Source: Hemiscyllium ocellatum (lineage: Eukaryota). From it: DNA of 64,000 nucleotides. The notes beneath the pieces are model-generated. The model had not been told where the DNA came from. It saw only the letters and a list, made by a program, of their open reading frames with translations, and did no database searches. Where the stretch lies: the NCBI RefSeq assembly GCF_020745735.1, contig NW_026867487.1, positions 3,596,001-3,660,000 on the forward strand, given 5' to 3'. Below, in pieces: positions 50,850 to 64,000 of this stretch. Both the position numbers and the translations under genes were made by a program. The stretch's first letter is position 1. Each line of letters starts with the position of its first letter.

Positions 50850-51770
50850 ATAAATGAAGTTGTATCAGACAGAGTAGCTGGAGAAGACTGGCAGTTTGTG
50901 AGCAGCAGATCAAAGAAGATACCTATTTGGAGAGCTGACGTTGAAACAAAAGTGCATTTTGATGTTGAAGAAGCTTATAAACTGGTAATTAGTGCTAGTA
51001 ATTGAGGTGGGTGTCTAGTTTGTTGGGTGCATCCAAGAACTTTTTTTTGATAATATACTTAAATAGTCCAAACAGAGAAGTGGTCATATTGGACCTATTT
51101 TGGGGATTAAAGTCGAACAAGGTTTGGACGATTCAGTGGGTGAGCACTTCAGGAACAAATACCATAATTCTGTTTTTAATTAGTTTGAATTTTCTGACTA
51201 TTAAAGATAAGAAAGCTTTCGGGTGCAGCTCCTAAACGGTGGAAACTAACAATCACACGATAAGGCAAGATCAGGGGAATTTAGGTTCAGTCATTTGTTT
51301 TGAACATAAATGCATATCTGGCATTCAGCAATATTGGAAATGCCTGTTAATTAGGCCAGCATGTTCCTATGAAAATGAAAGCTTAGGGTGGGAAAAGTAA
51401 GGAACCTTGGACGGACCAGGTGAAATTGAGAGCTATATGCAAAAAGGCAAAAAAAGGCATACGTAAGGTTGAATAAACTAAAGAAGTACATGTTTCTTTT
51501 AGAATACAAACAGAAAAGAAAAGAATTCAAGTAAGGACAGAGAAGGGAGGAGATGGTCGACAAAATGTAGCAGTCAGACAGAATTAAGAAAAGTCACATG
51601 GCGTGTGAAACATATATAAGGGTGACGAGTCCAACTATGGTAAGGGTATGTACAATCAGGGATAATGGAGGGAAATTTTGCACTGCGCAAGAGGGGGGTG
51701 GGGAAGTGCTTAATTAAAACCTTACTTCAGTATTCATAAAAAAAGAAGGAAATTATTATGCAAAAAACAG
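50850..51770 (+). mobile_element. Old CR1 APE-endonuclease region fragment
   Basis: ..NSPNREVVILDLFWG...SVGEHF...HNS.. matches the CR1 APE PTRxxAILDL...GEH.G.SDHN segment. Confidence 0.7.
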
Positions 51771-54099
51771 TGATTCGAACGTTTACATAGGTAGTCATCT
51801 CATGTGTGGCCTGACAAAGGGAACTGACTCAGACTTTACTGAAATAAACCGTTGCTCATTTTGACTCCTTAGTATAATACTCAACATAAAACGCGTATTC
51901 TTTGCAATACTTGTGTCTCCCTTCATCTAACTTAATTTCAACTTTACGTCATTTCTTATAACGGCACTTCACATTAATGAATTCACATTTAACTCTATCT
52001 CTTACTTTAACTCCAAAAGTTTCATTTGAATCAAATGCCGTCCCCATGTGAGTGATGTGTCCAACTGTGCTTTCATGGTATGTTCTGAATCTTTGCTCTT
52101 TTCCCCTTCTGAAATTATGTACAGGGCATGTGCTTCTCAAATGTCGGCTTGAAGCCTGTTCCCCACAATTCTTTGTTCCATGAGTTTTATCTCAAAATTT
52201 GACTCGGTCTTCAGAGTTTTCTATGTTGATGACCCTATGAACTGATTAGTACTCAATCACATTGTTTCATCGCAGCAATTGGAGTTGTTCTGGGAAACAG
52301 CTCTCTAGCGTTTACAGAAACTCATAAACAGCCACATTCCGTGCTCTTTCTAAGGTAATATGGTGTCAGTCATTGTAGCGTGCACCATGTGACCTGCCTT
52401 GTTGGGTCAAAACAGGAAATTACCCGTCCTAGCTGCAGTGCAAACGAACATCAAAAATTTATATTGCTTGTGCAAAATTCTCAGCATTCCTAAATTTAGC
52501 GCAGAGCCATTCCTTCTGTAGGTGGCTAACACATCATGGGAGTTCACGAGTTTCGGCAGAGTGTAGGCTGAGAGTCAAGGGCATGCCAATGTGAAAAAGG
52601 GGGAGGTGTTGCACGCATCTAGACAATCAATAAGTTCTAAAATGATCTACGCCAGAAGTCAGTGGGAGACATATATGGAAATGACTGAGACATTTGCCAA
52701 ATTGGGAGAGATTAGAATCTTGACTAACTGCAGCTAGAAAACAGAGAAAGTTTGTTCTCAAAGTGAGCACGTTGCTAAACAACTTGCTGTCTGAAAATTA
52801 TAATCACCATGCAATTGATTTCATTTTCTCACTGTTGGCATATGTTGATCCAGAATGTTATTGGGTAATTCATTTCATTGGTATTGCATTTGGTAGATAA
52901 TTGAAAATGACTTTCATGGAAGGTATCTTTACCCAGAGTAAGGGAACAATCCAAGGTGTTTCCACCTTCGCAACAACACCAGATGTGCAGACAGATTCCT
53001 TGCATTCTCTCTTTAGGTGAAGAAAAGGCTCAGGTCTCTGATGAACATTGTGAAATATTGGGCGTGAGGAAGCCACAAAGCAATATTCATGTTTATTAGC
53101 CTGAGGTCATTCCCAGTTGTCGGCAGAAAGCGTGAAGATCTCCTTTCACTATGATTGATATCTGGCAAGTTTTGTAACTGCCCGTGATTCAGTTGGTAAG
53201 ATGGCCGCTTGGGGCTTTTTAAGCTAACACAAAGTGCCCGATGAGATCTCACAGTTATATGCAACAGATGTTCACAGCGACACTTGTGGTCTAAATATAA
53301 ATATATTCGACAAGGGCAGATTCTTTGCAGAAAGAAACGTGAGGGAAGTTATCAGGTTTCTGTAAATCTAAACATGCTTCTAGACCATTTTTGTAAATTA
53401 TCCGTTCACAGCAGTCCCAAGTTGTTTTCTTTTGTAAACAAAAAGAAGAAAAAGACTGGTGGTACATTATTTGAACTACTTAGGTAATTTTAGAATTTGA
53501 AATGCAAACAATAAAATTGAGAATGTACTCGTTGCATTCTTTGATCAAATGTCCCTCGACAATGAAACGTCCAAATATAATGTTAGAGAAGATAAAGTAA
53601 TGGTCTAACGCAGCCTTAAAAAAAAAATCATTGACCTAATTGTAAAAAGAGAGGACACGACTTGGAGCGATAAAGAATTGAGAGTTAAATGTAGGTGTAG
53701 ATATTTCAAACAAATTACGATGTTCAATGATCAAGGGAAGGGGCACAAAGCCAAATTAGCTTTACAACATGAAGATGTGGTCATGTAGAATGTAAACAGG
53801 CTTAATGGTTTGGTAACAGTGTCCTTGTATTTCACCTTTATCAGTGGAATTCAAAGGATGCTTTTCATTAAAGTAAGGTGATTGTAATGAATTTTCTTTA
53901 GAGTCGTAACGGTAGATATATATTTAGAAATAAAATTTCAATTTAATATATGCTTACAGCATGTAAATAACAGCTGCAATAAACTCCAGTTGCAGGTCAG
54001 AAAGAACGTTGTTTATTTCTATCTGAGAAAATTTTATCAACTGCTTCGTTTTAGAAGGATTTTGCCAGTGTTGGTGAGGTTCAGTTATAGGCTGAAGCG

Positions 54100-54500
54100 A
54101 AAATGCTGAAGCTATTTTCGTTGTAACGTCAAAGGTTCAAGGGTGTCCATACAGTGGCTTGTAAAATCATGACTGGCATGAACAGGGGGAATAATCAAGG
54201 TTGTTTTGCTCATTAACAGAGTGCAAAAAAAAGCTAATAGCTTTAAGGTCAGATGATAAATTCTGTAAATGGCCCTTAGGGCCATTCGTTTCACGCAGAG
54301 GGTGGTGCATGTTTCGAATGAATTGCCAGAGGAAATGGTGGAGGCTGTTGGAATTACCATATCTAAAATCATCTGGATGGATATACAGCATGAAGGCTTT
54401 ACAGGGGTGTGGATCAAGTCCTTGCAGATGGAAACATATTAATTTTGGATAGTTGTTCGATTTTGGAAGTTTGGACATAAGGAAGTGTTCCCATGCTGTG
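54100..54500 (+). mobile_element. CR1 LINE 3' fragment
   Basis: Similar to 49655-50120 (gaatgaattgccagaggaaatggtggagg...). Confidence 0.75.
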
Positions 54501-54986
54501 CATCTATAACATGGTGGCTACCTGAGGTAAGGCCTGGCACCTGCGACCCTTGCATGAAATGTTGATTTCAGAAAAATTAATGTATCCTTCCATATCTCAG
54601 GTGCAGAAATTACGCCCAAATTCATAATTTCGCGCTGAGGGACGAAATTTACAAGTAATCATTAATAATGCAAAATGGGAAACATTGAGAGTAATTGTTG
54701 ATGTGTGACTGGTGATATGAGAATTGACATCAGTGCAAATGTCGCCAAAGCTAATTAGAACGCATGCTGTAGACCGTAAATAAGAGGAAATGTTCCCATG
54801 TGAGCATAGGCAACTGTATGCATCACAGACAAATTGACATATGCTCGTACAGTAGCAATTAAATCTGTGCCAACTATCATGGTACACATACATGGGAGAC
54901 TGTTGTACTTGGCACCGAGATTAGTTGAAAGAAATGATTCGTTTGTGCATTGTCAGCTAGGAGAAAATGAAAAGTGCAAATACTGG

Positions 54987-55155
54987 AGAGTCAGAGTCGA
55001 AAAGTATTGTGCTGGAAAGCGCACAGCTGGTCAGGCAGCAAACGAGGAGCAGGAGAGAAATGAAGGAGTCATGACTCAAGCATTGATTCTCTTGCTCCTC
55101 GGATGCTGCTTGACTTGTTGTGCATTTTCACATGACCGACTTTTTGACTTTTGCA
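54987..55155. repeat. Fold-back of Penelope terminal-repeat sequence with a palindromic centre
   Basis: A minus copy (54987-55056) faces a plus copy (55088-55155); perfect palindrome GAGTCATGACTC at 55066-55077. Confidence 0.72.
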
Positions 55156-55589
55156 TTGTCAAAGAAGTGAGGCCTCTTACCATAACTGATAAATAATATA
55201 CTCAAGTTAAATAATTAGTGCATACATTTCATAAGTATAGCATCAAGTTCAGCGTTTACAAAACATGTGTCAAATTAATGTACAATGGTAAATGTCTCAA
55301 TGCTGTAAAATCTGAGACAAGTAGAGTGAATAACAACAATTGAAATTCAATATACACAAGAACGGTATTCAGTGTGATATCATTACGGATCGGATCTTTT
55401 GTAATATATGCAGAAATGGGGTCCAGGCTTGTACATAAACAAGCACAAGGTAATTGCCATAGAAGCAGTGAACAAATCAAGTCGAATCTATGCTTTGATG
55501 TGATCCCATACCGTGTGAATTTAAAAAATCGCAAAAGAAACACTCACTATAATGCCAATAGTGAGTGTACAGTGCTCACACTACAATGA

Positions 55590-57297
55590 CCTCTTCCTCT
55601 GACAAGCGTTTTGCATCAGTGCTTACTGTGGAGAAGGACATGGAAGGTTTAGAATGTGTGGAAAGAGACGGTGACATCTTGAAAAATGTCCATATTACAG
55701 AGGCAGAAGTGCTGGATGTCTTAAGACGCATAAAGTTGGATAAATACTCAGCACCTGATCAGGTGTACCCTAGAACTCTGAGGGAAGCTCGAGAAGTGAT
55801 GATGGGCCCCTTGCTGAGATATTTGCATCATTGATAGTCACAGCTGAGGTGCCAGAAGATTAGAAATTGGCGATCGTGGTATAACCATTTAAAAAAGCGA
55901 GGAGCGAAAAGCCAAGGATGTACAGACCAGTGAGCCTGACGTCGGTGGTGGCATGTTGCCGGAAGGAATCCTGATGGAAATGACTTACACATATTTGGAT
56001 TGGCAAGGACGGAATGGAGGTAGTGAACATCGCTTTGTGTGTGGCAAATCGTGCCTCCCGAACATGGCACAGGTTTTGAAAATGTAATAAAGAGGATTGA
56101 TGAGGGCATAGTGGTAGACGTGATCTAAACGGACTTCAGCAAGGTTTTCGACAAGATTCCCCAAGGTACACTGGTCAGCAAGATTAGATTTCATGGAATA
56201 CAGGGAAAACTAGCAATTTTGACACAGAACTGGATCGAAGGTGGTGGTGGAGGGTTGTTATTCAGACTGGAGGACTGTGACCAGTGGAGTGCCACAAGGA
56301 TCAGTCTGGGTCCACTAGTTTATTGTAATTTATACCAATGATTTGGATATGAACATATGAGGTATAATTAATAGGTTTGTAGCTGACACCAACATTGGAG
56401 ATGTAATGGAAAGCGAAAATGTTAACTCAGAACACAACGGGATCTTGGTCAGATGGGCCAATGGGCTGAGGAGTAACAGATGGCGTTTAATTTAGATAAA
56501 TACAAGGCGTTGCATTTTGGGAAAGGCAAAAGTTTGCAGGACTTATGCACGTAATAGTCAGATTCCAGGGACTGTTGCTGAACAAACTGACCTTGGAATG
56601 CCGGTTCATAACTCCTTGAAAGTAAAGTCGCAGGCAGATAGGATTGTGATGAAGGCGTTTGGAATGTTTGCATTTCTTAGTCAGTGCATTGAGTACATGA
56701 GTTGGGATGTAATGTTGAGGCTATACAGGACGTTGGGAAGTCCGCTTTTGGAATATTGCGTGCAAGTTTGGTCTTCCTCCTATCGGAAGGATGTTGTGAA
56801 ATTTGAAAGGTGCAGAAACGATTTACAAGGTTGTTGTCAGGGTATAAGAGTTTGGGCTATAGGGAGAGCTTGAATAGGCTGGGGCTGTATACCGTGGAGC
56901 GTCGAGGGCTGAGGTATGACCACATTGAGGTTTGTAAAATCATGAGGGACCTGAATAGGATAAAGAGATAAAACATTTTCCCTGGGATGGGGGAGTCCAA
57001 AACGGGAGGGCATAGGTTTAGGGTGAGAAGAGAAAGATGTAAAACGACCTAAGTTGCAACGTTTTTATACAGATGGCGGCGCCTGTATGGAAAGAGCTGC
57101 TCGAGGAAGGGGTGGAGGCTGGAACAATTGAAACATTTAAAAAAAAATCTGGATGGGTATATTAAAAAGAGCGGTTTAGAGTTATGTGGGCCAAGTGCTG
57201 GGAAACGGGACTAAATTAGGTTGGGATATCTGGTCGGCATGGACAAGTTGGACAGCAAGGCCCGTTTTCGTTCTGTACATCTCTGTGACTCTATGAC
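55590..57297 (+). mobile_element. CR1 LINE, about 1.7 kb 3' portion (RT), disrupted
   Basis: IKLDKYSAPDQVYPRTLREARE, YRPVSLTS, DFSKVFDK, VTSGVPQGS, LEYCVQVWS; ends ctctgtgactctatgact. Confidence 0.92.
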
Positions 57298-58279
57298 TTC
57301 ATTTAACAAAACGTTGTGTCTATGTGGATAAGTTTCTGGATCGTTCGAACCAACGCAAGATGTATCGTCAAATTATGAAGCAAACGAACAATGATCAGTT
57401 ACCGATGAAGTCCTCAAACAGATAGAGGCTGACGTGAATTTCAAGAATCCAGGGATTTGAAATCGTACAAGCATAGACCCATATATCATAGGCTTATTCT
57501 GACATACTGAATGTTTTTTTAGGCAAATAATTAATAAAATGTTTAATTTGTGTGATGCATTCCATGCTCACAGGTCATGAGAAAGAAGCTATAAAAATGT
57601 GAGGACTGCAGCTTTAAATTGATTGGAGCTGACACATGTTCCAAAGTGTTCTAAAAATGGACGAAGTTAAGATTGAGCAGCACTAAAAAAAGTGACAATT
57701 GTCATCATGCACCTAGATGAATTAATGCTGGACTGAAATATAGCACGTGAGTTGCAGCATTTCAAGACGGTGGCTCAGTTGTGCCTTCTCAATAACGCCC
57801 ACGATCCAAGAGTGAATATTTTTAAAAGTAAAGCTCAAATTTGCACAATTCTGCAAATCTGCGCCTGTGCTGAATAATATCAGAAATGTTCAATTAATTT
57901 CCAATCGATCTAACTGTCTTTTTACTCACATTAATAGAACCTCCTTGCGTTATATTGGAACTGCACCCATCCAGACAGAGTGGTTGCGTTCCTTAACACA
58001 CGTGCGTGTACCTTTAAAATGACAAATCGAAATTGAGGAGGAAAGAGGTGAGTTATTGACAGATATCCTAGTCGCTAGTCTGTTCTTCGAATTACAGTAT
58101 GTCCATGGCTGGTCCCATTGTCTTCCGTTCTGACTGCCAGGACGTAAGCAAATAAGAATTGATCAGTTGAATTGTTTTTGATGACCATAGTATTATTAAC
58201 TTCCTGGACGCGATTGACTTTCGAAATTAGCATTACGTCTTGTTGTTGAAGTGTTTTTTTTTTCCTTCTTGGTAATCTT

Positions 58280-58975
58280 TAATATTGTTTCCATTAAAAA
58301 AAGTACCGAATGCCCTGTTGACTGCCTCTGTTGAGCCTCCCCTTACCAAGCTTCCTGGCAATGAATTTCAGATCCGAGCTATTTTCTGTGAGAAAATAAA
58401 CTTTTCTTGTCATAACTCATTGAAAAAGTTACAAAATTTCTCGAAACTGAGCTATTTATTTCTTGACGCTATTAAATGCGAGAACAGTTTATCTCTGTCT
58501 GCATTGTCCAGACACCCTTCTGATCTTGAAGACAATCAAATTTCCCATCAGTCGTCCACCCAGTAAAATGCAAGGCACAAATTTCTCCAATCTGTTTGCT
58601 TTAATGACGCCTCTCATCACTGCAAGTATGCCGCATACACTGTTCTGAACGCTGCAATGTGTTCACATATTTCCCAGTGCGTGGCACCTAAAACTGTGCA
58701 GAAAGATCTTGCTGATGTCTCAGCAGTTTCTTTAACGTCTTCAGCCAAACATTCTTGCCTCCACACTCCTTTATCCATTAAATACTCCGATATCCTTTCC
58801 TTGAAAGACTTCTATTGATCCTACCATATTTACTGACTTACACACACCGACAGCCCGATCTCTCTGCTCCTTCAATTTAGAGCTACTTATGTTGTTTTGT
58901 ATCATGATATGCCATGTCTGAAAATGCATCACCTCAAACATTCTCCAATTGAACTTCATCTGCCATCTGGCCGAC
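58280..58975 (-). mobile_element. Degenerate CR1 3' fragment
   Basis: Minus ARWQMKFNWRMFEVMHF. Confidence 0.7.
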
Positions 58976-58977
58976 TT

Positions 58978-60570
58978 GCATTATTTTTTCTGGTTCTCAG
59001 CAGTGTCACATTTCCAATATACAATGTTCCCAAATTGATTTAATCTACAACACTGGACGTTCTCAGTGTACACCAGGATGTAGATTAATATGTTTCAGGA
59101 ACTGTAGGGGAACCATAAAGGAACTCCAGAAATTTCACTATAATCCAATTTCCAATCAAAATTGTGTCTGCCAATGTCACGGAGCGATGTTTTGATGATC
59201 CCCTCTTGGTAATTTCCATTTTCTCGAGCTGCTGTGGTGTGAATGCTACCTGTCACAGATCCAAACGAAACATCTTGCTGACTGGTGTTGCTGCAGTTAG
59301 GCTCAGATGTCTTCACTATATGAAGAATCCTAATGTGTAAACATTGGGAAATCGTCTGGGAATTTCTCTACCTGACCTTATGATAGATGAAACGCAGTTA
59401 CTGAATCTGCTGAACAGTTGAGCTGAGGAATCCAGAGTGAGGAATGGGAAAGAAATCAACTTTAGGTGCCACTGTTGATTTCTTTAAACAAAACAGATCT
59501 AACTTCATAAAACTGTCTTCAGAGCTGAAACCTGTTATCTTATGAGGAGACATTGAATACGTTAGTCATGGTATAATGTTAAAGAAACGCACACACCGCA
59601 TTGAATGGCTGAATTCTGTTTCCGAGGGTGAAGGCAAATTCACGTGTAACTTTGGGTGAGATGCAATCGTGACAGCATGTGAGACAGATTATTTTTGGGT
59701 AGCCAGGATGGAGAGTGAATCTCCGTAGCATCTGCGATTTTGTCCAGTTGTGGTGCATGTTTGAACCTGCCAAATGGCCGACTTCTCCTGCTAATTTCTA
59801 TGTGCAGAGTTCTCTTTAACTTAAGAGAACAAGACGTTGGAAATAGTGTATACGGGATGGGCTTATATTTCAAACTAAGAAGAAACCATATACGGATCTT
59901 GAGGGAATGATTTCTGGACTGAGCAAGCTACAATCTGACTTGGTAGTTGTGGGTGAGGAATAAAAAGTTAAGTGCATTGATGTACTATGCATTCGAATGA
60001 AATGCACTTGTCTTTGTGACCTAATTTGAATAATTATTTGCCAATTTCTGAAAGAAAGCAGCACGTGTTTTTGGACTGACTCCATTTTAACTCTGCAATT
60101 CTATGAAGAGTAAGGCTTTCCCTGTGACGATTACACTTATTTACTTAAAAGGCACACGATTATTCAGGGAAGAAAATTTTAGGATTATTGCGACGATGCC
60201 AAGTCTGGAAAATCTGGATCACAGTGTTTACACTCACACTTGGTGTTTGCCATTTACAAATGTAGACCAGAGAGCTTTCTTTACGAAATAGATGTGAGTC
60301 TGACAAAGTTCACAAGTGAGATAGGTTTGAGTCATTGATGCGTAAATCTACTTTACATAAAAATTAATATGTTTGCATGGCTAAAATAATGACAAAACAG
60401 GAAACAATGCAGGAAGCTGATGTTGGGATGGATCTAATGTGATCTGAATGAATGACAGAAGAACTCGAATTTTGCTCTGCCAACACGTGAACCTAGCTTG
60501 AATACTCTGACTTTGATTTTGTACAATCATTAGAAAAGTAATTATTAGTAACCCACGTCTATTGTTCAAC
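58978..60570 (-). mobile_element. Ancient LINE RT remnant, tandem copy A
   Basis: Minus remnants NGVSP (DGISP), NV.FS..KE..N (ANVxPxFKKG..NY), HKI, LFSRFSNCVSSIIRS/VEKFPDD (FINDL..I.S..FADD). Confidence 0.6.
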
Positions 60571-61079
60571 TGTCTGGGTTCTCTTCTCGAGAAAATGAAG
60601 TGTCACTGAATGAGGCATCTGTCCATTACATTGGGTGATATGACATATCAGTTTGTATGACGCAAATTCAGACAATTAATGTGATATAACATTAGATCAT
60701 GTACTGCCATAGAGTCAGCTAGATATTATTTTTCTCGACAATAACTTAGATCTGTACTTATCATGCTATATTTGGCAATATCTCTATATTGCTCTAAATG
60801 GTGATCAATAACCAGTTCAAGTGACTATGTTAATTTTCTATGCTACACTTGGTGCTGTCCCTATTGTAATTACTGCAGGTGGCACATATTGCGTGCCGGT
60901 CACATTAGTTTCCCTTTCCTTACAGAGTAGACGTTCCAGTACATATTTTGCACTAAGTCTTGTCTTAATTGTTCCAGCACGAGACCATGTTTCATTGTAA
61001 TTGCCCTTTTTTACGGCTCTGTCTCAGTATTTGTTGACGAGAGCATTTACCTCTTCATATTGCAATTACAGTTTTATTG

Positions 61080-62780
61080 CTGCCATTACTCTGTTTCTGG
61101 TTCTTTACAATGTTACATTTTCAACATACCATACTTTGCAATTGATGTTATCTACAACACCAGAACCTTTCAGTGTACACCAGGATGTAGATTAATATGT
61201 TTCAAGAACTGCAGTGGTTCCATAAATGAACTCCAGCAATTGCACTATAAACCTCGCTCAATCGAAGATGTTGTCAATGTCCTGGAGTGATGATTTGATG
61301 ATCCCATTTTGGAGATTTTCATTTCCGAGATTTTCTGTGGAGTGAATGTTACCTGTTAGAGATTAAACCGAAACTTAATGCTGTCTTGTGTTTCTGCATT
61401 TCCAGTCTGATTGTGTCAGTATCGGAAAAAAAAACGTGTAGTAGGTAAACATTGTGCAACCATCTGTGAATTTCCCCATTTGACCTTATGTTAGAGGGAA
61501 TGCAGTTACTGAATATGCTGAGGAGTCGAGCTGAGGAATCTACCTATATTAACGTGACAACGTTTTTCATAGGCTGAGACTGCTGATTTGTATGAACGAA
61601 ACAAATGCAACTTCACGAAAGGTCTTCAGAACCGAAACTCCTTATCTTATGAAGAAACGTTGAATATGTTAGTCCCGTTAGAATTTGAAAGGAATCACCT
61701 TAAATTATCAGATATAATTAAAAATTGTGACTGCCTCTTTTCAGATTGACATAAGACAGACTCTCTGTCTCTTTCTCTCACTCTGTCCATGACGTGCGTC
61801 CACACACACAGACACACACATACACACGCACACACGCGCGAGCACACACGCATATATACACTCACACACACATCGTCCCATTCACACTCACAACACATCA
61901 TCTCACTTTCTTAAATACACTCATACACATTCACAAAGGCACGCACATTCTCCCTTAGTCGTCGAATCACTCAATTCTCTTTCCCAGGTAGCAGTGAAGT
62001 CAAGATCATTTTTAATTTTGCGTGTGATAGAAACGTGACAGCATCTGGGCCAAAGTATATTTGTGTAAAAAGGAAAAAAAAATCTAATCACAGTGTATGG
62101 TTGAAAAGACAGAATGCCAACTCGTACTGCGAATTTGTACGTTCAGAGTTCTCTTTCATAGAAGAGAATGAGACATTGGAAGTGGTGCATGGTCGCTGAG
62201 CTGTCATTGTGAACCATGAATAGACGGTACACGTAATTTGAGGTAATCATTTCTGGGCTATGCAAACTATGCGTGTTTTGGGGACTGATTCCATAATAAC
62301 TTGACAATTCTATGCAGAGAGTTTTAGCAAAGTCTTTCCCGTGATGATTGGGTTTATTTCTTTAAAAGACACAACATTCTTCAGATCAAAACAATATTGG
62401 CATCATCACCGTTATTTCAAGTCTAGGGAATCTAGATTAAAGCGTTTACACTCAGAATTCGTGCTTAACATTTACAAATGTAGATCACAGAGTTTTCTCG
62501 ATGAAATGGGTGTGAATCTATGGAAGTTCACGTGTTAGACAAATTTGAGAGAGCGATGCCTAAAGCGATTTGACGTAACGATGAATATATTTGCAATACC
62601 AAATGGAGAACTACAAAAAGTGAAACAATGCAGGAAGCTGATGTTGAGCTGGATCTAACGTGCTCTGAATCAATGACAGTCGAAGTTCGAATGTTGCTCT
62701 GCTTACTCTTCAACCCAGTTTTACTACGATGACTTTAATTTTGTATAGTCATTAGAGAAGCCATCACCTGTAATCCACGT
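61080..62780 (-). mobile_element. Ancient LINE RT remnant, tandem copy B, with internal CA/CT-rich repeat at about 61735-61960
   Basis: Collinear with 58978-60570 at an offset of about 2.1 kb; reads LHKIRSFG and YGISP on minus. Confidence 0.6.
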
Positions 62781-62794
62781 CAATCTGGAATTAA

Positions 62795-63562
62795 AGTCAT
62801 ACAGTCATAGAGATGTACAGCATGGAACAAGATCCAACCTGTCCATGCCGACAGATATCCCAATCCAATATAGTCCCACCTGCCAGCACCCAGCCTATAG
62901 TCCTCCAAACCCTTCCTATTCGTATACCTATACAAATGTCTCTTAAATGCTGCAATTGTACCATCCTCCACCACATCTTCTGGCAGCTCATTCCATACAC
63001 GTATCACCCTCTGCATGAAAACGTTGCCCCTGAGGTCTCTTCTACATCTTTCCCCTCTCATCCCAAACCTCTGCCCTCTAGTTCTGGACTCCCGGACCCC
63101 AGGGAAAAGACTTTGCCTATTTATCCGATCCATGCCCCTCATAATTTTGTAAACATCTATTAGGTCACCCTTCAGCCTCTGATGCCACAGGGAAAACAGC
63201 CCCAGCCTGTTCAGCCTCTCCCTGTCGGTCAAATCCTCCAACCCTGGCAACATCCTTGTAAATCTTTTCTGAACCCTTTCAAGTTCCACAATATCTTTCC
63301 GATAGGAAAGAGACCATAATTGCACGCAACATTCCAACATGGCCTCACCAATGTCCTGTACAGCCGCAACATGACTTCCCAACTACTCAATACTCTGACC
63401 AATAAAGGAAAGCATACCAAACGCCTTCTTCACTATCCTATCTACCTGTGACTCCACTTTCAAGGAGCTGTGAACCTGCACTCCAAGGTCTCTTTGTTCA
63501 GCAACACTTCCTCAGACCTTACCGTTAAGTGTATAAATCCTGCTAAGATTTTCCTTTCCAGG
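62795..63562 (-). mobile_element. Young 5'-truncated CR1 LINE
   Basis: Minus ORF LECCVQLWSLSYRKDIVELERVQKRFTRMLPGLE...WNELP; gtcatacagtcatagaga tail. Confidence 0.93.
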
Positions 63563-63689
63563 GCCCTGTTCCCTAGAAAATAATCAGGCCCAGAATGAAC
63601 CATATTTCCATGACACTGGGTGATGTGTGAGTTTGTACGACACAAGACCAGACAATTGGTGAGGCACATAACATTAGGTCATGCACTTC

Positions 63690-63935
63690 CATGAATTGTG
63701 GGACAGTGGCTTGCTGTTCAGTTCTGCTGGCACACAGCGCCAGATTTCCGCGTTCGATCACAGCCTTGAGTGACTGATAATGTGGGTTTCCTCCGGGCTT
63801 TCTCTCGAAGGCGTGCAGGTATGACCATTTGCCACATTGCTCAGAAGAGTGTAGATTAGGTGCATGAGTCGATGGTAAATGTAGGGTTGGGGTGGATGTC
63901 TTTTCGGAGTTTCAGTGTAGGCTAGTTGGTCTGAA
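63690..63935 (+). mobile_element. Old HE1-like SINE remnant
   Basis: cacacagcgccag...gttcgat...gtgggtttcctccggg...ggtaaatgtagggttggggtggat. Confidence 0.6.
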
Positions 63936-63949
63936 GAGATGAAACATAT

Positions 63950-64000
63950 ATTGCTGGAAAAGCGCAGTAGGTCAGGCAGCATCCAAGGAGCAGGAGAATC
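63950..64000 (-). repeat. Penelope terminal-repeat fragment truncated by the window edge
   Basis: gctggaaaagcgcagtaggtcaggcagcatccaaggagcaggagaatc. Confidence 0.7.

Noticed and set aside
59000-60300. Plus-strand leucine-rich-repeat / Toll-like-receptor-like fragments (e.g. FKLRRNHIRILRE, GMISGLSKLQ, MPSLENLDHS, VDQRAF) in the tandem duplicate
   Set aside because: The minus strand of the same DNA gives ordered RT motifs (DGISP, ANV..KK..NY, LHKIRSFG, FIND..SIIRS, FADD-like), and 59365-59430 is homologous to the LINE fragment near 32385-32455. The LRR look is most likely an antisense artefact.
1-64000. CRISPR arrays, rRNA, true tRNA genes, prokaryotic operons
   Set aside because: None seen. 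The sequence is vertebrate, and tRNA-like A/B boxes occur only as SINE heads.

Overview
Repeat-rich vertebrate genomic DNA, most likely from a cartilaginous fish (shark), judged from HE1-type SINEs, CR1 LINEs, Penelope relics and the GPR139-like receptor clade. It has two N gaps. Genic content: (1) an intact T-cell-receptor V gene segment of V-alpha type on + (leader 7643-7700, V exon 7878-8150, 23-bp-spacer RSS 8151-8189); (2) a decayed second V-alpha-type pseudogene on + at about 45.6-46.1 kb; (3) between these, two intact, convergent, two-exon class A GPCR genes of the GPR139/GPR142-like family (11111-13734 +, 346 aa; 28365-30670 -, 323 aa). The 70-nt first exons of both GPCRs are missed by the ORF track. 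The two GPCRs share a positionally conserved promoter block: a homeodomain core next to an O/E(EBF)-like site, plus a TATA-like ATAAA. This resembles vertebrate olfactory-receptor promoters and suggests a chemosensory-type GPCR family interleaved with TCR V segments (hypothesis only). The rest is CR1/L2/Rex1 LINE fragments, SINEs, a Gypsy remnant, a solo LTR, Penelope fragments including two fold-back derivatives, a tandemly duplicated old LINE and microsatellites. No D, J or C segments and no prokaryotic-type systems were found. Repeat boundaries are approximate by-eye calls.
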